DNA from: Octopus sinensis
Lineage: Eukaryota
Direction: 5' to 3'
NCBI RefSeq assembly: GCF_006345805.1
Contig: NC_042997.1
Coordinates: 203,112,001-203,176,000 of the forward strand
Length of the DNA: 64,000 nucleotides
Under the pieces are notes generated by a model, which searched no databases, had not been told where the DNA came from, and saw only the letters and a program-made list of their open reading frames with translations. The position numbers were made by a program, and so were the translations under genes. Below are positions 13,145-24,045 of the stretch, piece after piece (within the stretch, counting starts at the first letter, position 1; each line of letters starts with the position of its first letter).

Positions 13145-13175
<31 letters not shown>

Positions 13176-13439
13176 ACACACACACACACACACACACAAG
13201 ATAGAAGGCTGCAGAAAAGAGTGGAGGGGGTTCAAGCAGTAAAAGTAATAATAAAAATGGTAAGTTGGCATGGGGGAGGACAAGAGAGGGGGATGACATG
13301 GTTGGGTAGTTTGCAAATAGGCATAATTCATGGGATGAGGATATGAATCACTAGTGTGTACAGAGAGCACTTCCGAAAGTTAGTTTCATTGACTGTTGAT
13401 TTTGGAGAAAGTATTTGACGGTAATTTGGTGAGCACCGA

Positions 13440-14580
13440 AGAAACTAGAAGTAGAGGAATGGCTTGTGTAGGCAGTTCAAGCTATGTACAAGGGTGAAGC
13501 AAGTAAAGTGAGAGTTAACAATGACTTCAGTGATGAATTTGATGTGAAGGTAGGAGTTCATCAAGGTTCAGTCCTCATTCCTCTCCTATTCTTCATAGTC
13601 CTACAAGACACCACAGAAGGGTTTAACCCTTTAGCATTCAGATTACTTTGGCAAATGCAATGCTTATTTATTCACATTGTTTTGAATCAAATTATGCATT
13701 ATCTCATAGCTTCAAGATTTCAATGATGTGATTGTTTATGTTTAGAATGACATTGTAGGACAGGTGTGAAAGGTTGGATCTAGTCAGTTTGAACATAAAA
13801 CAAGAAGAATATATTGGGCTGGATATGGTTAGTTTAAATGCTAAAGTGTTAAGACTGGCTATCCACAGGAACTCCTATATTCTTATGATCTAGTTGTCAT
13901 AGGGTAATTAGTGAAAGAAATTCCAGGCATGGAGATAAAACCTGGAATTGAGAGGCCTAAACCAAGCAAAGAGAAAGATTTTAGTAAATAGGAAAGAAGA
14001 CAGGGCCCTGGTACCTTCAGGGAAACGGCTTTGCTTGATATGCAGAAAAGGAGTAGATATAAACTCCATATACTGTATTTGACGTTAGCTATGAACACAC
14101 AAGAGATTCTCCATCCAAAAACATAAATTTCATATGAGGTAGATGCAAGGAGCAGTTTGTACAAGCACACCAGAAACTGAGTCTCTTAAATGCTCAGGTT
14201 TTACAGGGATTTAAATGGACAGAATGTATGGTGCATGTGTTAGAACTATAATACTTTATGGTAGTGAATGGGCAGAGGACTTGAGAAGACTAGAAAGAAA
14301 TGAAGCAAGCATGCTTCACTGGATGTGCAATGTGAGTGTATGTGAAACAATAGGTACAAAGGTGTTGAGTGAAAAACTAGGCATAAGAGGAATCAAATGT
14401 GTGCAAGAAAGAAGGCTGCACTAGTATGGACACATGATGTGTATAGAGGATTGCTAAATGTGACCAGAACCTGCAGAAGAGGGAGGCCCAGGAAGACATG
14501 AGATTAAATTATTAAAGCTGACCTTAGGATGCCTGATGGCAGAGATGACAAAGGACTGGGATCTCTGGTGATATAAGGTT
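13440..14580 (+). mobile_element. Degenerate RTE LINE fragment, interrupted by MITE B
   Basis: MYKGEASKVRVNNDFSDEFDVKVGVHQGSVLIPLLF and YGACVRTIILYGSEW..LERNEASMLHWMCNV; colinear with 57010-58582. Confidence 0.85.
13627..13848. mobile_element. piggyBac-type MITE (family B) inserted in an RTE reverse transcriptase remnant
   Basis: TTAA at 13623-13626 and 13849-13852; TIR CCCTTTAGCATT / AATGCTAAAGTG. Removing it restores EGF-KTGYPQELLYSYDL. Confidence 0.88.
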
Positions 14581-14642
14581 CACAAAAGGACTCTTCACTG
14601 CACTGGGATAGGATGATCAGAGTTGATCATGGGTTTACTTAA

Positions 14643-15728
14643 CCCTTTCGTTACTATATTTCTGACCAAATTACACCCCTTATGTGTTTCAATTAATTTC
14701 TAACGTAATCATAAATTTAGTCTGGTTTCATTAAACAACTATAACTTTTTTATTTATCGATATATTAATCTGATTTTTGGAAGATAATTTAATGAAATAT
14801 TCTCAACCAATTCTATACTATAATTTTTGTCACAAAGTGACTCTAGTTGCAGGTAGATACAGGTAAATTCAACAAAATATAAAATTATTAAAATTTTGTT
14901 CAAACATTGCTATAGAAAATGGGTTATTAGCTAATATTCAATTGGGTATACAACAAAATTTTACGATAGAATTTGTTATTCTGGGTAACTTTCTGATACC
15001 CATAATAATATTTATGGCAAAATAGTCTTAATTTCATTTAAGGTTGTGGGAAACCACAAACTATCCTTTCTTTCGCTTTGTTTACGTTTAGCGTAACGGT
15101 TCGTTTCTGCCGTAATGATTTCAAATAGGCTCATTCGAAAAAGTAAATAGAAATAGTCTAAGGCTTTACTCTTCTGGGAAAGTCTGTGGCTTGGTCCAGT
15201 TTCTTCAGAAAAATCACCGAAAGAAACAGTTTTTAAATTTTCACTCCATTCAGGTGCCAATTCGTTTTCTTTATCGCTATCGGAGATCTCAGATTCACTG
15301 TTTTCACTTTCGGAAAATGAAACATCAGATTCATTATCAAATACCACATGCTTTTTTTTTTCAGTCATAGAGTTAGATTTATGAAGGTCTTCAGTAGAAA
15401 ATCCTTCGAATTCTGACTCGCTGCTTGATATAATGAAATTCGTATCCATTTTTTGTCAGAATTACAAATTTTGAAAATACAATAGGAACAAATTTCGGAA
15501 AAAAATCTCCCAAAATTCACGGAATTAAAATTACACTTCGATTATTGTACAAAACTGTAGTTGAACTGTTTACGAAGTATAATAGGTGTTTTCACGAATG
15601 TACTGAAGAGATTTGCTCTGATATTCTCATTTAAATATGAATAGGTAAATTCGGGCGGCTTTGGGCGGTTTGGTCTCATAAACCAAAATTTTTTTCGGGC
15701 GGCTTTGGGCGGTTTGGTAACGAAAGGG
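14643..15728 (-). mobile_element. Internally deleted piggyBac element (family A, 1,086 bp)
   Basis: TTAA at 14639-14642 and 15729-15732; perfect 12-bp TIR CCCTTTCGTTAC/GTAACGAAAGGG; 25-bp subterminal direct repeat at 15650-15674 and 15694-15718. Confidence 0.92.
15012..15449 (-). pseudogene. N-terminal 145 aa of a piggyBac (PGBD4-like) transposase; catalytic DDD region missing
   Basis: Acidic N-terminus followed by W..F..TGP..LDYFYLLF..ETNRYA..WFPTT.EIK, typical of piggyBac transposases. The ORF stops at the internal deletion. Confidence 0.85.
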
Positions 15729-17748
15729 TTAAACAAGGATGACTTGAGGCTGAGCAACAACAACTGACCCTTCCTATTAGATTAACTTTAAATCAATGAT
15801 TTGACAGAGTTGTCAAAAGGTTGAACAAAATACTACCTTTACTCTAGCACCTTGAGTTACAAGAGCTAACTGGGGTCAAGCTTACTCTTCATTCTCCTGG
15901 AGTAGATAAGGTATCATTCTAGGGCAGCTAACTAGCAGAAACAACAGAGCAACAAACAAGATCCTTTGTGAAATTGATCTGGCTTTTTATTCTCTAAGTT
16001 CAAATCCTAGTGGGACCTATATGAGCAGTAGACTCAGTCCATCATCAACCCTGACCCTTGGGTGCCTTTAGCAAAGTCCAAGCATTCAGGTCAGGTCTCT
16101 TCTTTGTTCCTTCCTATCAGTTTTCAAAACCCTGTGAAAGGCTATAAGCTTTCCTCCTGATTAAAAGATTTGAAAATCAACAACAATCCTTAAGACTCTA
16201 TTACTTTCAATTTGAATTTATTTGAATATTACTGAGCATTTTGTTAAAATAACCCTTACTATTACGTAGGAAATGCGATTAAAAATTAAAAAAATAAACA
16301 CTAAAGCGAAATCTAATATGACAAAAAGGTTTCTAAAACATTAGAAGACCAATACTTAGTGTACAGATTTACACCAAATATATTTTCACCATTCTATTAA
16401 GAACTATAGTAGAATATTATTTCTTAGTTATTATTTCTTATTATTTGACAATATTTCCTTTTACCAACGTCAGTTTGGTTCCCATGGTTTCAGGTATGCT
16501 GCTTGTTGACAATGTTATGTCTGTTAGTTGAATAAAATACTGGATATCATGTTTTTTTAAAAATTTATTTATTATATATGGTGTATAATAACTACATGAA
16601 TATTATGTTTCTGACTTAAGCATCAGCATGGCTGCAAGGTTAATTTCCTTCCTAACTACCTAATCACACAGCAAGGGCAATTGTCTCCTATAACAACCCC
16701 ACCCCCACAACTCTCTCTCTCTATACATATATATGATCCCAGGATTGAGGTGTAGGAAGAAAGTTAGCTTCAAGCAATCCATAGTAAATATAAGAAAAAA
16801 CTTTTAGGGATAATAATGGTTTATTGAGACAGAAGGGTGTTGATTTTTTTTTCCTATTGAAGTAAGATAAATTGAAAAAGGTTCTTTTTATATTTCACAG
16901 TAGGTGACCAGGGTTGTCAGGTGTGTAAATAACAATACAAAAGTTAAGGGATGGAGTAAATACGATCCAGGCTACATATGTTCCATAACGAACAGAACCT
17001 CAGAAGTGGTAGACATCCAAGTGAAGTGTATACGGCAGGCTACTCTTCAGGCTTAGGATGTCTTGATTAAATGTAAATTTACATCGTTGCAAGGAGGTAC
17101 ATGTTAACACATGGAAGATTCAATCAGAATATATGGGGGGGGGGTTCTTGTTGTAGCTGACAGATAAGGATTCAGCAAGTTTTTGCTGCACAATCTGCAT
17201 GGATGATTTGTTTGTAGTGACCAAATGTTTGTGCTTTATGTTAGCTCATTGCTTGTACAGGTGCACAGTGGACACAGATGTCAGAGTCATGTAAAATTAA
17301 GTGTTTTGCTAAAAAAAAAAACACAAGCACTGTCCAGCCTGGGAAATGAAATTATGATCTTGCAATCATGAGTCCAAGTCCCTAACCACTAGGCCCATGC
17401 CCCCACCCTATGTATGTGTATCATCATCATTTAATGTCCACTCTCCATGCTGGTATGGGTTAGACGGTTTGACTGGAGCTGATGTACCAGATTGCAGTCT
17501 GTTTTGGCATGGTTTCTACAGCTGGATGCCCTTCCTAACACCAACCACTCCAAAACTGTAATGGGTGCTTTTACATCCCACTGGCACGGGTGCCATTTAC
17601 ATGACACTGGTAACGACCACAATGATTCATGGGTGGGTACCATTTACATGGCACCTGCAATGACTACAGCTCACAGGTGCCAATTATATGGCATTGCCAA
17701 TGACCTTGATTCCTAGGTGGTAATTTGTGTGTATGCATATATATATAT

Positions 17749-18421
17749 CGCTGTGCTGGAGGAGACCTGTTGAGTCAAGTACATGAACATCGAAATAAAT
17801 ATAAATATCAATGGAAATAGTAGTTGTGATACCTGTGCCGGTGGCACATAAAAAGCACCATCCGGACATGGCCGTTGCCAGCGCCACCTCGACTGGCTTC
17901 TGTGCTGGTGGCACATAAAAAGCACCATCCGAACGTGGCCGATGCCAGCCCCACCCCGACTGGCTTCTGTGCCGGTGGCACATAAAAAGCACCATCCGAA
18001 CGTGGCCGATGCCAGCGCTGCCCCGACTGGCTTCTGTGCCGGTGGCACATAAAAAGCACCATCCGAACATGGCCAATGCCAGCGCCGCCCCGACTGGCCC
18101 CTGTGCCGGTGGCACATAAAAAGCACCATCCGAACGTGGCCGTTGCCAGCGCCGCCTTAGCTGGCTTCTGTGCCGGTGGCACGTTAAAAGCTCCAACCGA
18201 TCATGGCCGATGCCGGACCCCCCTGGCACCTGTGCAGGTGGCACGTAAAAAGCACCCACTACACTCGTGGAGTGGTTGGCGTTAGGAAGGGCATCCAGCT
18301 GTAGAAACTCTGCCAGATCAGAGTGGAGCCTGGTGCAGTCCCTGGCTTCCCAGACCCCGGTCGAACCGTCCAACCCGTGCTAGCACGGAAAACGGACGTT
18401 AAACGATGATGATGATGATGA
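17749..18421 (+). mobile_element. Young 5'-truncated RTE copy (ORF end, tandem array, 3' tail) inserted in (TA)n
   Basis: Begins at the ORF end (AVLEETC*), contains the 67-bp array, and ends with the same ggacgttaaac(GAT)n tail as the 58.5 kb LINE. CpGs are retained. Confidence 0.85.
17833..18255 (+). repeat. Tandem array of 67-bp GC-rich units (6 full units plus a terminal variant)
   Basis: CTGTGC(C/T/A)GGTGGCAC starts at 17833, 17900, 17967, 18034, 18101, 18168 and 18230 (spacing 67 x5, then 62). Confidence 0.95.
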
Positions 18422-20715
18422 TATATATATATAGTGTGTGTGTCCTTGCCCTGATATCACCTAATGTTTTATTAATGAGTGTCACCATCATACAAATGAC
18501 ATCATTTGCTTCTAGTCTTCTATGAAAATATGTCTAGCCAGGAGAGGAAATATTACCTTTTTTAGAAACAAGTGAGGATTGGCAACAAAAAGGAGAGCCA
18601 ACCATAGAAAATCTACCTCACTGAATTCCACCTGGGTTGTGTAATCATGGAAAAGTGAACATTTGAACAATGACAATGGTTGTATAAGAACTTGCTCAAT
18701 ATCTTTGTGTGAACTAGATTAATGTTATTTAAAACATACACTGTATAAGAACCAAATTAATAGTATTTTTATGTACAACAAACATTGTATAAGAACTAGA
18801 TTAACATTTGCTTTACTTTGTAAGAATATTTCAAATTTCCACAAGTGATACACAACAACAGTTTTCCAGGTTTGATATTTATAACTGTTACCAACCAAAT
18901 TATTCACAACTGACTTTTCATTTAAAGGTCAATATTATTGTTTTAGCACAGTTTTCCTTTTCTTTTTCCTTTTTTGTTCTTGTCCAGAGTTGCAGAACAT
19001 CAATATTTAATAATAAATAAATAAAGATAAAAACTGCCAATTTCTAAGCTTTCAAAATTACTTTCACTGGCCTACAAAACACTTGAGGAATTTTTTTAAA
19101 ATTATGCAACTGTTAATAATATTTTGTTTGAAGAAAAAATTGAAATCTTTAAATAATTAAATTTATGAATTAAGACTAGAATAATACATCCCTTGAACAG
19201 CAATTATTTTCCTAATTATATTTGAAGACTCATTTGTAGCTTGTGGGACCCTCACAAACTAGAATGGTGCATGAGAAGTAATTACACTGAATAGAATAAT
19301 TCAGTAAAGTTTAAAAAGTTGCTGGAACATATGGGAAGGAGTTTGTATTATAAAAGAGTTGCATGAAGGGTTATGTAATGTAGGGTATATCATCATTTAA
19401 AAAACCATGTTCAATGCTGCGTGGTTGGATGGCTTCAATGAATTCTGTGCAACCCATGCCATCATAGAAAAAAGGACATTAAATGATGCTGATGATGATG
19501 TTGATGACATTAGAAAGACCTGTACTATGAACAACACAGAACCGAAGGGTTAATTCTGAACATTTTGTTAAAACTATAAGTTAATAAGCCCGGTCCTGTA
19601 AATATTCTGTTACCAAAAAGAAATTAATGTAAACAATGTTAGTATGATTCTTGAGATGCCAAGCTTTTCAAGATGTGCAGATGTACAATACAGTACTGTA
19701 CAGGTAAAGGGTTAAAATATTCATTGTGTAAATCATATCAAACCCAATAAATGAAGAAGAGAGATTGAGAAATATACTTCCATGCTTTTGAGGATTTGAA
19801 ATATTTTTAATTTAGCTAATTAATTATCTAAGGTAGTTAATAATGAACACTTTGAATTGCTACAGTGAGTTGTACAGGCAGAACATTTGTAAATGTAATC
19901 TCTATTGTAGTTGAAAAAAAAAGAAAAAAGTATTTTGCTTCTAAAATTAATTAAACTTCACAATGGGAAGACATAATATAAAAAAAAAAAACAATTTCTT
20001 GATTTTACAACACAAACGTGTGTGTGTGTGTGTATGTGTGTGTGTGTGTGTAAAAATTATATTTTACCAAGTGCAAACATTTGATATGGATGTTAAGTTG
20101 AGTAGAGTATTTATCATAATCAAAAGTTGAGAGTTTACTCTGAGTTTCAACCTTGGCAAGGATGTTTATGATTGACAACTTTCATATAATAAATACACAC
20201 ACTCATCATTTTAATACCCGCTTTTCCATGCTCACATGGGTTGCATGGAGCTCACTGAAGCAGATAGACTTTTATGGCTAGACAGGCTTCTTGTTGCTGA
20301 CCCTCACCTGTTTGTAGGTGAGGTAATATTTCCCCATGGCCAAATAGGTTTCCAAAGATTGGAAACAAAGGACACAGCTTGTATGACAGGGATACTTGTC
20401 CATAACTATTACATGATATCAAGATAAGGAGAAACAAACACACGCTCATGTGTGTGCATGCACACACACACCACAAACATACACTACAGGCTTCTGTTAG
20501 TTTCCATCTACAAAATTCATTTACAAATGCTTAGGTTGGTCCAGAACAATAATAAAAACCCTTGCCCAAAGTTCCACATCTTAAGCACACAATTGTACTG
20601 TGTCTACATAAACTATTGTTAATTTGGCTTTAACTACAAATTTGAACTTTTTTCACGCTTGAAACAAGAAAAAGTGTTTTACTCTTTGACATTCTTCCTT
20701 TTTTTTTTTTTTTTA

Positions 20716-21095
20716 ACTTGTTTCGGTTATTAGACTGTGACCATGCTAGGGCACCACCTTAAAGAATTTAGTCAAACTAACCCCAGCACTTATTTTCTTT
20801 CTAAGCCTGGTACTTTTTCTATCAGTCTCATTTTGCCAAATTGCTAAGTTTTAGGGATGTAAAATATAACAACACCAGTAGTCAAATGGTAGTGGGAGAC
20901 ACATACAAATACACAAGACATATATACATATATATGATGGGCTTCTTTCAGTTTCTGTCTACCAAATTTACTAACAAAGCTTTGCTAGGTTCAGAACTGT
21001 AGCATAAGACATTTGCCCAAGGTGTCACACAGTGGGACTGAACCCAGAATCGTGAGGTTGGGAAACAAACTTATCACAAAGCCATGTCTGCACCT
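20716..21095 (-). mobile_element. SINE family 1 (tail A)
   Basis: Colinear with 1299-1696 but more diverged. Confidence 0.82.
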
Positions 21096-21449
21096 ATGTT
21101 AACCATTTAACCAATAAATGTTAATATTTGGAGATGTGTGTGTGTGCACAATAGGACAAGTAAGCACTGAGCAAATAAATTTTTATGTCTTATGACATAC
21201 AAACTTGCCCAAATCTGCAATACAAATCACTAGTCTTCTCAGACTTCGGTGTTGACTATGTGCGAGGTGTGTGTGTGTACATGAATGGTGCTGAGTGAAA
21301 AACTGGGCTTCAGAGGAATCAGATGTGTGCAAGAAAGGCTGTGCTGATATGGACATGTAATATTGGAGCATTTTCAGTTGCTTTAGCCCTTTTGATACAA
21401 ACCCATCTGAGGCAACTCTTGGTTCTATAATACAAATTTCCTGTTTTAA

Positions 21450-21941
21450 CCCTTTAACATTCAGATTATTCTGTCAAGTGTAATGCTTTTCCATTCGTTG
21501 CCAGCGCCGCCCCGACTGGCCTCCGTGCCGGTGGCACGTAAAAGCACCATCCGTTCGTGGCCGTTTGCCAGCTCCGTCTGGTACCTGTGTGGGTGGCACG
21601 TAAAAAACACCCACTACACTCACGGAGTGGTTGGCGTTAGGAAGGGCATCCAGCTGTAGAAACACTGCCAGATCAGACTGGGCCTGATGCAGCCTTCTGG
21701 CTTCACAGACCCCAGTTGAACCATCCAACCCATGCTAGCATGGGAAGCGGACGCTAAATGATGATGATGATGTTTTTTGAATTAATCATGCATTATTTCA
21801 TAGCTTTAAAATTTTGATGGATGTAATTGCATATTTTTAGAATGGCATTGAAGGTTGATGTGATAGGGTGGATCTGGTTGGTTGGAACATAAAGCTGGTA
21901 GCATATTTGGGTCAGAGATGGCTGATTTAAATGCTAAAGAG
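21450..21941. mobile_element. MITE family B interrupted by an RTE 3' tail (about 21493-21772), itself nested in a family A MITE (about 21387-22085)
   Basis: TTAA at 21446-21449 and 21942-21945; ends CCCTTTAACATT / AATGCTAAAGAG; body homologous to 13627-13848. Confidence 0.82.
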
Positions 21942-22619
21942 TTAAGCTTCCTTCTGTCACAACTCCATGTTAACTGATGTTCTATATACCAAATTAATAG
22001 GGTTATGTTTCACCATTCTTCATTGTATTTGAAACTAAACAAAACAAAGGCAGTGTACTTCAATACAATTATGGTACCAACAGGGCCGAGTAGGAGGGAT
22101 GGCAATGTATTTTGACTACAGAACCAACAAGATGCTGAAATCAACTCTCTGTGCCCATACACATAATTTTTACCATTTTTGTGGAAGAAATTGTTGTGTG
22201 TTGTATTTTTATTTTATCACAGATAGATATGCATTGTACAGTTAGCATCACTTGACTGTGAAATGGGAATGGGATCTGATTTTTTATTATTCAGAAGAAG
22301 AAAAGAAGAAAAGAGGGGAGATACAACAACTGGAAAAGCAAGGTTTGAATAGTCACCATGTGAACTTCAAAATATACAATGGCAAGTTCAGGATTGGCCA
22401 ATGTAATTTAGAAATTTAGAAATGATTTAATTAAATTTGTTTATATAAGGAATTGGAATGATGTTGCTGAATGCACACATGCACACACAAATACAGAGGT
22501 AATTGCAAAAGAAAATATAAATACTTTACATTACCATCTGTGTGTGTGTGTGCATAGCACATATCTATGTGTATGCCTGCATAGTATACATTCTGTAGGT
22601 GCCTGTGTGTATAAGTATG

Positions 22620-22672
<53 letters not shown>

Positions 22673-23353
22673 TTGCGTATATCATGATAGGAACAACAGG
22701 AAGATAGCTAGAGCAGCATTTTAATATATTTAAGCCAGAATATTTGTATTCACCGACAGCTATTCAGTATTGCAGAGAGGTTTAGGAACCATTATGCAGC
22801 TATATCATTGTCCACTCAGTGTGTTTCTTAGCAACAGTTCTAATATGGTAAATACCAATTGCTCTTTTGAGAGTCTGATACAAATTTTTATATATTTCAT
22901 TAGATGATTTTCAGCAATACTTAAAAAGACATTTCAACAGCAACAACTAACCTAACAACAACAACAAAAAGTTTTCTCCTCTAACACTGAATAAACTTGC
23001 AGAAAATAATCTACATATTTAATAGAATCTAGCTTTGAAATGTTCTGAACAAGTAGCACATTGCTCAGGAATAAATGTGTTCAGCACATCAGGTATAAAT
23101 TGTATTCTTTCACATCTTTTGTCGTCAGCACAGTTGGGAGAGCGTTAGACAGAAGGAAGTGGAACTATTGATACCAACAGGAAGTATCTCATGTATGCAA
23201 CGATAAGAATGACAAAAAGACAAAATTCGAAAGAAAAGAGAGAAAAATGACTGATTTAACCCTTTCAATACCAACCCACCTGAGACTACCCCTGGTTCAA
23301 TGATATAAATTTCCTGCTTTAGAATATTCCAAATCAAAACTCCTATCAAACTT

Positions 23354-23650
23354 CATCATCATCATCATCGTCGTCATCATTTAACATCCACTTTCCATGC
23401 TAGCATGGGTGGAATGATTTGATTGAGGACTGGCGAATCAGCTGGCTGCACCAGGCTCCAATCTTGATCTGGCAGAGTTTCTACAGCTGGATGCCCTTCC
23501 TAACGCCAACCACTTCGAGAGTGTTGTGGGTGCTTTTATGTGCCACCAGCATAAGGTCCAGTGAGGCAGTACTGGCAACGGCCATGCTCAAATGGTGTTT
23601 TTTATGTGCCACCTGCACAGGAGCCAGTCCAGTGGCACTGGCAACGACCT
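23354..23650 (-). mobile_element. RTE 3' tail with 14-bp TSD, inside a MITE A remnant
   Basis: CTCCTATCAAACTT at 23340-23353 and 23651-23664; (CAT)n at the left end. Confidence 0.88.
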
Positions 23651-23667
23651 CTCCTATCAAACTTTAT

Positions 23668-24045
23668 GTTTTTTTTTTACTTGTTCCAGTCATTAGATTG
23701 TGGCCATGCCGGGACACTGCTTTGAAGAATTTTAGTTGAATGAATTGACACTAATACAAATTTTTTTTCTTTTTTGTTTTGAAACCCTGGTATTTATTCT
23801 GTTGGTTTCTTTTGTCAGACTGCTAAGTTATGGAGACATAAACACACCAACACTATTGTCAAGCAGTGATGGGGACATACACAAACACAAAGACACACAT
23901 ACACAAACACATACAACTGGTTTCTTTCAGCTTCTGTCTACCAAATCCACTCACAAGGCTTTGGTCAGCCTAAGGCTATAATAGGTGTCATGGAGAGAGA
24001 CCAAACCTGAGTGGGAAGTAAGTTTCTTACCATACAGCAATGCCA
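23668..24045 (-). mobile_element. SINE family 1 (tail A)
   Basis: Colinear with 1299-1696. Confidence 0.8.

Noticed and set aside
17833-18255. CRISPR-like appearance (palindromic repeat with regular spacing)
   Set aside because: The intervening sequences are near-identical rather than unique spacers, there are no cas genes, the context is eukaryotic, and the array is part of a LINE 3' region.
17684-18373. Overlapping 229, 138 and 124 aa minus-strand ORFs
   Set aside because: The GC-rich 67-bp unit simply lacks stops on that strand. The peptides are repetitive, antisense to the LINE, and have no recognisable domain.
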